DNA of 64,000 bases from Spirogloea muscicola (lineage: Eukaryota): contig WELB01000021.1 of assembly GCA_009602725.1 (NCBI GenBank), positions 803,502-867,501 on the forward strand, given 5' to 3'. The notes below the pieces were generated by a model. It saw only the letters and a list, made by a program, of their open reading frames with translations, had not been told where the DNA came from and ran no database searches. Positions 50,641 through 62,777 of this stretch are shown piece after piece (positions within the stretch are counted from its first letter, which is position 1; every line of letters begins with the position of its first letter). The position numbers and the translations under genes are program-made.

Positions 50641-52669
50641 CAGCTACGAAACGTTTCTCACGATCTGGCCTCAGCACAACGTACTCCCACATCCTCCAAT
50701 CTGTCAATTGGTCCTTTCCAATAATGTATTTAAAATTGCTCTTTCTCCCAATGATTCTGTTCTCGTCGTCATGAATATAATGTGAATCGCTTTGATCTCT
50801 CCATCTCCCATTGTTACCCACGCTCCTGTCAACTTTACTGCCTCCTTTTGTAGACTTTTTTCCCTTTTGTCTTAAAGGGCTGAAGACATGCCAGGGATGG
50901 CCCCCACAGCACACCTGACCTGTTTCTCATCGAGCATAATGATTCTTGTCAGTCACGACGTTGATATTGGAAGCTGTGCTGCAAATGGGGACAAAGCACT
51001 ATCTTCTTAGTAGCAAACACCTAACAATTCGTAACATATCCACTTGTGGGGGTCAAAGGTCAAAACTTGGACTGAGCCAACACTGCATAAGAGAACAGGC
51101 TACGCATTACTGGTCACCCCTGTGATCATGACAGCAAATCATGACATTCAATTAAGTTTCACGCGGGAGAGATTGTGCGTACTGCCATGGAGCCCAAGTT
51201 TTGCAGGTGCTTCGCCATACACATTCACCTCGGGAATCAAGTCATTCAAGTCTTCTATCTCCTCCATAGTAAGCTGTGCTTGTAGGTCAAGTTTCCTCCT
51301 CAGTATAGATATTGCCTCAACATCAGTGGGTTCAAATGTGAGCCTCCACGAGCTACCCAGAGGTATCCCATTCTTGGCCAGGATTCCTTTAAGGCGTGGG
51401 TAAACATGGTGGCATCGCAGGCACACCATAACCGAGGCATCAAGCTATTGCTGACCCTGGGTGCATCTGCAACAAGCGACACACCCGCAAAGGTCGTCAA
51501 GATGATGTCTGACAAACTATTTGACGCTAGTCAGTTAGTGCTCAATCTGTGTCAAGCTACTCATTTCCACTGAAATGTGGCAACCCAAAACTCACAAGTA
51601 GGGGGAGGGTCCCCTTGAGCGGCTGCTTTGACCAGCAGGAAGGTCGAGAGTGGCCGCTCGTCCGCTGCCTGGGAAGCCCGCCCGACCAAGATTTTAGCTC
51701 CTCTACAGGGCTCAGCCGACCAGACTGGTACAAGTGAGTTATCAGCTGCGCAAAGGTCAGCAAAACAAGGTCGCGGCAAGGTCAAGACATGGACTACCTT
51801 AGAGGCAGTGACATGTCCGCAGACAGCTCAGTCAAAGGCCGGAATCTGGTCCACGTAAGCCAGTGGCTGCCCAAGGGGCCTGTGCTGAACGAACAGGCCA
51901 CCGGCTCGGTCTCTAGATGGACACATTCACCTGATGTGGCTGCACCCTGCTGTAGAGCACATAAAACTCCACCACTCACAGGGCTTACTGCAGCAAGCAG
52001 GCTGCACCACGAGCCTGCCGCGCAGCCCTGGACGGAGGCGGCGAGCTCGGGGCTCGCCGCGCGCTCGCTACCAGCAGCGAGCGGCGGTGCATGCGCTACC
52101 GGCGGCCGTGGCGCCGCGGGCAGCGCTGCCGAGCATTGCCAACGGGGGGGGCACGGGCTGCTGGCTAGCTCGGCAGTGAATGCCGTCTGCAAAGAGGGAG
52201 GGGGAGGGAGCGTGTGTTGGGGGGGTATCATTGCGGTGTGGGGGTCATTTCGCTTTTGCCACCCCTTCCGGCCATCCACTACACCGTGAGACGAGGACAG
52301 GCTCCTTGAGCGCTGCGACTGCAAGCAAAACAAGCAGCTCTTCCTAAGGAAGGCGCAAACAGCTCTTCCTAGGGAAGGCGATGACTGTAAGAGCCAGCTC
52401 AAGAGAGAATTACTAGGTCTGAGATGGCTAGAGAGGCGCAGACAATACGACAGCCTAAATCTCCGTGACTGCGAAGGAGTGTCGGTTGTTGGAGTGAGCC
52501 GCCAAAGCTGGAGCCACGCGGCGATTGATGATTGCTGAAAGCAGATCTAAGTACTGATTATATCTGTCGTGTGACCACAGGTGAACTGCTGCCTGGTTGC
52601 TGAACCGGCGTGGGCCCAGAAGAAGATGCTCCTTCAGTATGTAGGATCCCTCAAGCAAGGAAGAGCCCC

Positions 52670-53380
52670 CGCTGCCGGAAGAGCGCTCACTGCTGCCTCT
52701 GGCTCTGGCCAGGGGACCCGCTTCCAGGAACCCAGTCTCTCTGACCTGAGGCTGCTTAGCAGGGGTTACTGAGTGCTTCGTAGCTGCTTCGTTTCTTTTC
52801 TGTGCTTGTTCTTCGTACTTCCCCTGGCCCCTTCTCGTCCTTTGTCCATTCTTTCTTGGGCTGGTTTTTCCAGCCCCTATCGTCAATGGGCGAGCCCTTC
52901 TTCCTGCTTGCCTAGATAAGGATGGACAAAGGACGAGAAGGGGCCAGGGGAAGCACTGAGGAAAACAAGCACAAAATTAAACCAAGCAACTATGAAGCAC
53001 TCAGTAACCCCTGCTAAGCAGCCTCAGGTCAGAGAGACTGGGTTCCTGGAAGCGGGTGTCCTGGTCAGAGCCAGAGGCAGCAGCGAGGGCTTAAGCAAGC
53101 CCCTTCAAGCTCCTGGAAGAGCATTGGCACTGGCCCTCAGCCACCGCCTGCCTCCCTTCTGGAGGAGCCTCTAAGGCCCTGATCAGGGGACTCGCTGCCC
53201 AGAGACCAGTTTCTCCAACCTGCGGCTGCTCAACAGAGGGTTACTGAATGCTTCGAAGCTACTTGACTTCCTGTGTGCTTTCGCGCCTTCCCTGGCCCCT
53301 TCGAACCATGTTCATTCTTTTTTCTGGGCTGGCCTCTCACAGCCAGCGCCCTCTCCTGGAAGCGTCCTTCTCTGTAAGGA
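52670..53380. mobile_element. Three CRE-like 3' fragments (+52670-52910, -52921-53090, +53170-53380)
   Basis: AAASGSGQGTRFQEPSLSDLRLLSRGY* with UTR. The first two are inverted tail-to-tail. Confidence 0.85.
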
Positions 53381-54819
53381 GCCGTCCACAGAAAGTGGAC
53401 ACATATTGGGCTTCCATTGAAACGCTCTGCCCGATGGGCACCAGTCTTGCCAAGTGGGCCGCCCACGCACAAGTTCCTCACGGCTGCGACGGCCGGGTGA
53501 TGGGCCCAAGTCCTTTCCAGCCTCTTGCTTGCCTTCGAAATTCACTTGCTAGCCTTTTCCTTGAGCATCAAGCCTCGGCTTGCTTGAAGCGGCCCATCTT
53601 ACTCCTAGTAATTTACAATGCAATTTTTCCGCAGCAAGGGCGAGGCTCAACGCACTTGCACGCCAAGGACGTGACCACATCGAGGAGGCGCCTTAGAGGC
53701 ATTCGCAGGTACTTGCTGGAGGGCACTGTTTGAGGAGGGCCAGAACGCTTCGTCCGAGGAGGGCTTCAAGCTGCGATGCAATGCGCTCCCCCCTCCCCGC
53801 AAGCAGGCGCCGCCTATCCCTTGCCGCGGCAGCGTCGCAAGCTTGCCCACTGGTGATGGGCCGGCAGTGCTTGGCAAGACGGCTCGTCACCGGCGGCGCC
53901 AGGGTGCTGGTCCCAACCGGAAGGGATGATGAGCCGAGGCTCCGGGCCCGGGCCCAGGCACGCTCCCCCCCCGGACCCCCCCGGGCGGCCCGCCCCTCCG
54001 CGACCTGCCCGACCTGACTGCCATGTGGGACACAGACAGCCGCTTAGCTCTACCCCGAATCTTCACCTCGCGCCAAACAATAGCGTGCCAGGTGAATTGA
54101 GCTGAATGTGATCACGTGGTCCTCGCAGAGCAGCCAATACGAGCGCGCCAGGAGGCAGCACTGCCGACGGCCGGTGCCGGTGCCGCCGTGGGCACCTCTT
54201 TCTCAGCTCCGCGGCACGGAGAGTCGTCGCGGCACCGCCGTGGGTGCCGTGCTGTGCAGATGCCGCGCACAGCGAAAGTCGCATTTCTGATGCGTGCGGG
54301 CGGCCTGGCCGCCCGACTGCGGGCCGTGACCTGACGCCGATGCCCGCCGGCCGGTCCGTGGGTCCGAGCCCGCCGCTGGTAAGGGCGGCCCGCTAACTTT
54401 CTGGTTAGGCAGAGCAATCGGCAACGAATCTTTCGATCAAGGGGCGCGGGCTCTGTAGTGGATCTTCTCTCGGTGCCCTTTCAGACCCTTTCAGATGACA
54501 GCCATCTCCCTCGGCTGAAAGACTCATCTTTCTTTCGGACCTTGTCCGTTCCTTTGGGCCGGCCTCTCACAGGCCACTGTCTTACAATGGAATAGCTGTT
54601 TCTCCTCTCGGGACCGCCCGGCCGCTTCAGTGTGGTGACGGTTAGCAAGCGGGCCGTCAGCGACGCCCGCCACTTTCTCTCGCGGCGAAGACGTGCGTCA
54701 ACGGGCGGGAGGTCAGGTCAACGGAGCGCTGACCGGCGGGAGACCGGGCCGCCGGGCTCTGCGCCGGGAGAACGGTGGCGCCCCCAGGCAGTGCTACAAA
54801 GCGCGCCGCCCTCCGCCTC

Positions 54820-57300
54820 CATGGCGCCCGTCGCCAGCAGCTTCCGCAGCGAGCTCCCAGGAAGCGGCCGTTGCCCGACTCCCCGACACCGCACCCTCCC
54901 ACTTACGCGGATGGCCTGTCGAAGGCTGTCGAGGTCCGCGGCGGTCGCGGCCATCAACGTCGTCGAGTTCGTGCCAAGCGCCACCAGCCACGACCTCGTC
55001 GCGGTACGCGCTACCGAGCCTCTCTTTGCACTGCACTTACTTCTCAGCTCATCTGCTTGTCCTTGGCTGGTGGCCGAGGCAAGAGTGGGGCGCTGATGCC
55101 CTTTCAAGCCTTTCGTGTCTAAGGCTGAGCCTTGCATCATCTTGGCCTCGTGACCTAGTATGTGCAGGGATTGCTTGAGCTCTTGAAAGGAACTGATTGT
55201 GTGCGCAGCATTGATATTATTCGTGCCGGGGTCTGCACATTCAGCAGTCGTCGAGTCGTTTCGCAGCAGCAATGTGGGTGAATCAATCAATAGAACCCGC
55301 TTACATAACAACTGCTTGGCTTCAATTGACAGCTCATCTTGGTCATTACTGAGGTTGGAGCCGAAATCATGGAGGCTTGGAAGTCCACTTCAGGTGTATG
55401 CAAGAAAGCAGTGTGTCTGCAGCGAGCTGCGCTGCAAGCTATTGACGCTGTCAAAGACCGTTCACATGGCATTGGTGACCTAGAGACTTTTCTATCCTTA
55501 ACCAGACTCACAAATAGCATCCTCGATCTGGACCATGAATGCAACAAAATCCTTCAGGTCAGTCTGTGCCTTGCCTTGCCAATAATGAAATGCTATTCAA
55601 CTCCACCGTTGTTGACAAAGTTGAGATCGTGCTAGGAGATTTCCTGGACAATCTATCTCAAGCCAAGGTTTTCGACCGTTCTGGTTACCTGCTTGCCTTT
55701 GCTCCGCTCTGCTTTAGGGTCTTCAGAACTGACAAAGGATGTCAAAACTAAATTGCTTGCCGAAAGCTACGTCTGACATTCTATTGTGGGCTGCAATGCT
55801 GCAGGCTTGGTTTCCCTGTCTATGCACTCCGGCAGGCTTACGTATCGCTCATGACAGGTTTGAGGTTCAGTACAAAGCAACAGTCCAGATGCTGAATGAG
55901 AGATGCCCAAGGGATAATCACTGACACAACCTCTGATGTTGGCTTGCTATGAGCTTATGAGACCATCTCGTACCTTGAGCTTTATTTGTTTGATGGGGAG
56001 TTGGAGCTCGTATTGACTAGACTTATGACGATTCTTTACATTCTAGAGAGTGCCAGCTGCCTATTAGCAGCTGCATGCAGATGTAAGTATTCTACTCACA
56101 AGCAAATCTTCTCTCGCCTAGCAAGTGCGCATCCTCTTGAGGAGGTTGTCCGTCGACAGTGTCAGCACAACTCAAGAACGATGGGCACAAGCAAGTAATT
56201 TCTTCCTGAGCTACTAAATGCTTCTATGGAGCTTGCAAAGTTCTCCAATCTCCTGCAACCAGTGAACTTGCTAAACTACCACGATAATGCACGACGATAG
56301 CAAAAATAAGCTGTCAGACAGCTGGCACGTCCAACATCTACTTAGCACAAGAATGGCAGTTTTACTCCTAAGGAAAGGTATGGCAAAGTGTACTTGTCGG
56401 CTTGATAGGAGGTCCCCTCCCTCCCTTCAGCTTATCTGACTTTCTATGGCTGACACGGGGGTAACTGAGAGGCCCTATTTGCCCAGCCTGCAGCTCCACA
56501 TATTGTAGATGCTCTCCAAAGTTCCTCCTCATTAACTCGGCTCGCTTTCAGAGCGGCCCCTGAAGTAAAGCAGCCGCCTTTTTCATACTGATTGACTGAT
56601 GATCTGGACGGTCTTCTGAGCCACCTCCCCCCTTTTAGGTCTTCTGCTCTGGGAATGTTGCGTTTCAATGACCACAATAGGCTCACGCATAATTTGACTC
56701 GACTTGACCTTGAATGGGGTGTCAAGAAACGGTGTCAAGAAAATCGAAGGCAGGGGACCATCATGACACACACAGGAACTTTGCTGAGGATCACTGAATT
56801 TTAAATTGAACATCAGGCTAAGTGTTGCGTGGGGAATACAAGCTCTAAGGCGACTAGGACACTGAAGTGGGGAATTGCTAGTTGGTATGGAAGGACAACA
56901 TGCCAACAGGTGTGGATTGAAGATGGAGGCTGGAGACTGGGGGCTGTTCGAGCGTCGCAATTAAGGCGAACTTTCGCAGGCTTGTCAATTTGCAGTTAAG
57001 ATTGGCTTTGCTGTCACTCCTCGATGAACAAGGGATGTGTTTACAAAACTAATGGATAAGCAAGCGTGCAGGTAGGCAGGAATTGACAACGGTGCAAGTG
57101 GAAGCTCCCAGTGTTGAGACCATTGTAGGAGCCTTTGTGGCAGTTTTACAAGAGTTGGGGGTATCCTCTGCAGGCAGCTAGAGAGGTTGTGAAACCACAG
57201 TGAGTGCTTCAATGAGCACGGTAGCTCCCTTAGCCTCCTCTTTACAGGCATCGCATCCGGCAACCGCTCACCTGTCATCCCGCTATGGCTGCAGTCTTGT
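54820..57300 (+). pseudogene. Helical-exon family, copy F
   Basis: Exon 55333-55557 ends LTRLTNSILDLDHECNKILQ|GT. An exon from 55805 reads AWFPCLC...FEVQY. A Cys-rich segment lies at about 57120-57220. Confidence 0.6.
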
Positions 57301-60300
57301 CGGTAAGCCAATTTCTGGCTAGCTCACGCTTGGATACTGGGGAGTGATGCCAATCTGAATTCAAGGTCATGTCCAGCGTAAGAAGCCTGCCTGCACACTA
57401 GCATTGCTTTCAAAAACAATCTGAAACACCGTCAATTAAGATGGCTGATTTACTTGTCTGTCATCCTTGTCCGTCATGATTACTTAGCCTGTCGACTGCA
57501 GCTAGTAGGAGGTACTTGCAGCGGGGCACGCATGGAAACATACTGCGTAGCATGTCACATTGAAGATAAAATCATTGATCGTATGGGTCCTCGTTTCCAT
57601 ACCCCGGTAGAGAGTACTGCTAAGACATAAACGATGTGAGGATGTGCTTCCGATGGAGATGAGCTTGCAGCACAGCTGTTAATCTTGCACCTTCTTGTGT
57701 CAGCCTGTTTGCAGCGAGCTCAGGCTCATGCTTTGCACCAGATAGTGGACGAGCTCTAGTTGTTGACATAAGGGCTTTAAAGTCAGTTTTCACGATTCAT
57801 TCTTGCGCCGTCGTTTGTCAGCGGTATGCAGTCTGCAGTATCCACTTGGTGTAGTTGCAAACATTGTCCTGGATCATCCCCCAAATAGCGCAGTGGCTGT
57901 TCAGGGTGATGAGGTAGTCCTTTCCGCAGACCGCTTTTGCATCTCCACACCTTGACCATTGGCTGCAACACAAGGATTACGCCGACTTTGCTTGCAGCCT
58001 GCGCTCACGTGCCCTCCCCCTTCTGCTGCCGCCAGCCACCCGCTGTGCCGTTGCGACCAAGCAATGAGACATGCAGGAATGAGTCACATGCACAGGGGTT
58101 GTTGATACCCTCCATCTTTAGCAAGTGTGCCCGAGTAGGAGCCAGCATGCATGCACCTGCTCAGCAAAGTGGCGGATGTTGCCTACTACAGGTCCCTGAG
58201 GAGCAGGCAAAGAATGCTCAGCCTGCAGGTGCCTGTCGTGCCCTTCAGCTACAGACCTCTGCAGGCAGGTGATGGATGCTGTGAGCTGCATGGAAAATGG
58301 GTATCTCTTGAGTTCTTCCATGTTGGTGCCTGGCGGAGGCTAGACACACCTGAGCAGCACGCTCCTGCCAAGCAGGTGGTGCACAAGCATAAGCTGCAGG
58401 CGCTTGTTGGGCATGTGAAGCATGCTGGCTGCTGCTCGAGGACAGATTCCTCTCTTCAGGGCCCAGTACGGGTGGTATTTTTTTCACTAACTGGACGGAG
58501 AAGAGACGTGAAAGTCGTCTTGAAGAGGGGCTGCAAGACAAAGGGTGCATAGAGATAGACAAGCTGGACCAAATCCATGGCACTTTTGCCCATCAGAATT
58601 CGCCCAATCTGCACAACTTGACGTTGCTAGTTATCATGACAGTATGATCAAGCTGAGGACATGCGGGACAGTCGGCCCGCTTGCTGAAGTGATACAATTA
58701 GTGTCTGCTTACTGGAGCTTTTGCCACTTCCTCAAGACCACATGAAGGCCCTCCGTTTGATGACAACATGCTGCCCTGGTACTTGAAGGTGGGTTTGACC
58801 ATGTGGCAGAATCGGCTCCTGAGAAGAGCAAAGGGTTGAAGTGCAAGTGAGGTTACTGTGGAGTCACAGCAACATTACCACAGTGCACATGCAATGCGAC
58901 AGTACGGATATCGTGAGGCAAGAGTGTGCTGCACAGTCATATGCCACAACCTAGCGTGAGCAGGTGCTGGTCAAGGCTCATGGTGCTGAGTACATCTCTG
59001 TAACAAGCATGGAGGCTTCACCAGTGAAAATGCCTGTGAAACTAGGCACCACTTGCGTGCTTCAATGCATGCGAAGATACGTAGCAGGGTGATGGGCATG
59101 GTCTGCAATACTACCTGCTCTGGCTGGCAAGCTTGCTGCAAGATGATGCTCTGGCAGATACCCTACTAGTGTCTGTGCAGATATGACGATTCTCTAAGTT
59201 GGCATAGGCTGTATGTCTTCTGCCCATTGAGAGCAACTGCAGGCTTTGCACTTGCTGTGTACATCAGAGTGCCCGGGACAATGGACAACTCTTGTAAGGT
59301 TCTGACTATCAACCACCAGCTCTTCAAGTGGTGTGACTGTCTTGTGGTGTTACGGTCTCTCCACACCTCCATCTGTAAGTGTGGCATGCTTGCTGAATCT
59401 TGGTGCAATTGATACACAGGAATAGAGTCTAGACTGTCCCACCGTGGCTGGGTTCCAGTGTTCTGACAGCCTGCAGGGCCAGGAAGCATCTCAACCTTGC
59501 ATGAGAAGGTGATGGACTTTGAGAGCCCTGGTTTGCACGCACACAGCAGTGATGCTAAGGGTCATCTGATTGGTGGGTGCAGGCAACACAAGCATCGGGT
59601 AGCTGATAAGATTGCTGACTCGTGCACCTTTGGTGCCGAGGCCTACCACGGCCTTAGCTTGATGACATCTCTGGGCCAGCCCATCGCACAGACGACGCAG
59701 ACTTTGACCTGTATGAGAAGTCAACTGAAAACTTGCGCTGTTGACAGAACATGCTCGCTGATGAAGAGATTTGCACAGTGATTCCATAGTGATCGGCTCT
59801 TCTGAAAATTTGTTAAGAGGGAAAGCATGGGCTTGCCATAGGTGGATCCACGACCCTTGCTAAAGAGGCTGGCCCTTGGATTGCCCTTGAAGATAATATT
59901 GGACCTGTAGATGTGGATGTGGCGGTGGTGGAAATGACCACGGGCTTGCAAAGGGGAAGCCCGCAGAGTAGAGTCGTGGAAGCGAAGGGTAGGGGCAGCA
60001 AGCCTTGTTGGCGATGCCTTGGAGGACTCGGGCAGGAGAAAGGCGGTGATGCTCAGTGCAATAGTCAGAGCTGAGGGCCGCGCAGGCTGTGGAGGACCGC
60101 CGGCTGGTAGAAGACCTAGCCAAACATTGGAGCTAGTGTAGCAACAAAGTATTGTCTTGAATGTTTCTACATGCATACATACATGAAAAGCGGACTAGTA
60201 TACAACAGCGTCCCAAATTTGTTTGTGACGTAACGTCCTTAGTAGCCAGTGGTCGCTATGAACTTGGAAACATCTGCTGTCTGTACACACTTCACATGCT

Positions 60301-62029
60301 CACAGTGAGCTAGTAAAGCACAGATATAACGACCTCAGCGTCCTCCCTATTTATATAAACATCCATGGAGGAAAAAACGCACAACACCATAGATAGGAAT
60401 TGTGCATCATTCATCCAACGACGTCAATAGCAGCGAGTTTCTGCTAGAGATGTAAAGAATGTGCTCTGTACACTGAAGCATTGACAGTCCTTACAGAAGC
60501 TTATATGCGATATTAAGGTTGTAAAGTAGAGTCTTGTCACTGCCTCTCATGTCATCGGCAGGTCGTTCGTCATCCGTGGCATGCAATGTCGAAGTCGGTG
60601 CCATCTGAACATACCACTGAGCGCTTCTTTGGAAGTCACTAGTACAATCATGTTTTGGAGAGGCCACAAAGTCTTCTCCAAAGCTACAGCTGACTGATAG
60701 CAGTGCAGCACAATCTCTCGAAGCAAGCCTTCATTGACGGCTAGGAATACCTTGACAGCAGTACTTAGCATGGCAGTCTCCCCTCCAGATATGAGAACAT
60801 CTGCAGCCTACAGAACAAGCAAAGCAGGACAAGTGCATCAGTGACACTTGTTATGCAGGCTTCCAAGGCAGCCCTCTGCTTTGTGAGCGGTGTTTGTCGC
60901 AGCACTGTGCCCCTTTGCCACCTTTCCAAGGGCAGTCATTGAAGCATCTCACATGGGATACAAAGGTCACACGTAAGAAAGGTGAACGTCCCCCTCAACA
61001 TAGCCAGCTGAAATTGGCATACGAGGCTATGGATGCAAGATTGTGTTCTGGTAGGTCATGTTTTGGCTCTAACCACGCAGGATGAGCCGATTGTTGGCTC
61101 TTCGACGAGCGCAGCCTTGCCTTTCTCTTTCCCTGGTGCAGCCGCCATGCCGGAATTGCTGCAGGAGAACGCGATGCGAGCTTGAGTGCTCGGGGCTAAC
61201 TTGGGCAACCCACAAGCTCGTTGTGCATCAAGAAATTTCAGGGATCCGGAGCGCATTGCTCGTCTGACTACCTGCTCGTGGAGGCGGAAGCGGTCGTGCT
61301 CGACTTTGCTGGCAGGGACGGTTCCATGGCGGTGTGGTCGCAGGGCTGGAGAGGACCGCCGCCGAGCGGCAGCGGCCGAGACGGGCGCAGGGGGCAGGGG
61401 GTGAGGCTTGAGACTGGCAGGCAGCCCTGAGGAGTTGGGGCTATGATTGCACTGAGGGCCTAGCACACAGGGCGATCGGAGCACAGGAGAGTCCAGGCAA
61501 ATGGCAATCAGCCTCTGACCAGCCAGAATGAAATGGCTGCCCACATCGCGAGGAGCGCAGTCCTGGCGCCGCCGGGGGCTGGCGCACTCGCCGGGCGCGG
61601 CGCCATGGCGGTTGTTGCTGCAAAGCAGACGCGCTGGCGGGCTTGAGCGCGGGCAAACGAACTTCGGGCACAACGAGGACGAGCACTGAATTGTGCTGCC
61701 TCGCAATTGTGAAGGTATCGGAGCGCGCCGCGCGGCCGTCGACCCGGGGCAGGGAATCGCCGGTGGCAATCCGGCGTCCGGGCGGCGGGCGGCGGCGCCG
61801 TGAGTGGGAGGAGCGCAAGGAACTTGGAGGTCCGGGGGGTGGAGCTCTGCGTTCATACATGCCAGGCCCCGCCCTGCCGCGCCCCCGCAACGGCCCCATC
61901 GCAACAAGCATCGTCCAAAGATACCCCTGTAGCCAGTTCGTGCCCGCCACGCGGCCAGCGGAGGGGCGCGTTAAGGGAAAAGGGGGCGATGGCAAGCAGA
62001 GTAAGCGCTTGCAATAAACAAAAACCAAA

Positions 62030-62235
62030 AGAAATTGCTCGCCCAGAAGAAAAGAGGGCCTAGCAAAGCCAGCCCAGAAAACAAGTGGACAAATCTTCGA
62101 AGGTCACGAAGGCCACAAAGCGGTGCCGGAAAAGAAAAGGAAAAAGAAAATACTACACATCAGGACACGAAATGATGCAGATGGATGCTCAGTATCGACG
62201 AGTGAGCAGCAGCAAATCGAAATAACTCGAAGCCA
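62030..62235 (-). mobile_element. CRE-like 3' end (same subfamily as 6517-6705)
   Basis: Reverse complement matches GCTTCGAGTTATT..GATTTGCT...CTGCATCATTTCGTGT...GGGCTGGCTTTGCT. Confidence 0.8.
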
Positions 62236-62262
62236 AAATCAGAAGGAGAGGAGCTATTAGCA

Positions 62263-62760
62263 CTTTTCCAGCCCCTATTCTCAGTGGGCGAGCCCTTCTT
62301 CTCTCAATGGGCTAGCCCCTCTCTATTTAGCAAGGGGAGGAATGAGTGTGTATTGAGAGATTGAGGGCCTGTGTGGCCAAGTACCAAGGCAAGCACAACG
62401 ACAAATGTATGTCACCTGCTGCTGCAAGGAGCGAGGGATGTGAGAACAAGCTCATTCAAGCTCTTCGTACTTCCCCTGGCCCCTTCTCGTCCTTTGTTCA
62501 TTCTTTTTTGGGCTGGCTTTTCCCAGCCCCTATCCTCAATGGGCGAGCACTTCTTCTCTCAATGGGCTAGCCCTTCTCTCTACTTAGCAAGAGAAAGGGA
62601 TGTGAGAACAAGCTCAATCAAGCTCTTCGTACTTCCCCTGGCCCCTTCTCGTCCTTTGTTCATTCTTTTTTGGGCTGGCTTTTTCCAGCCCCTATCCTCA
62701 ATGGGCGAGCCCTTCTTCTCTCAATGGGCTAGCCCTTCTCTCTATTTAGCCCTTCTTTCT
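62263..62760 (+). repeat. Tandem copies of the retroelement 3' end (about 162-bp unit x2 plus a partial copy)
   Basis: AGGGATGTGAGAACAAGCTC starts at 62434 and 62596. Each unit carries the stem-loop. A partial copy lies at 62263-62335. Confidence 0.85.
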
Positions 62761-62777
62761 ATTTAGCCCTTTCTCTT

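Noticed and set aside
56360..56400. YGKVYL kinase glycine-loop-like motif
   Set aside because: No HRD or DFG motifs were found downstream.
62640..62720. HDV-like or hammerhead ribozyme in the 3' UTR motif
   Set aside because: Superficial similarity only (CCAGCC..TCCTC, GAATGGAC). I could not build the nested double pseudoknot or a CUGANGA/GAAA core.
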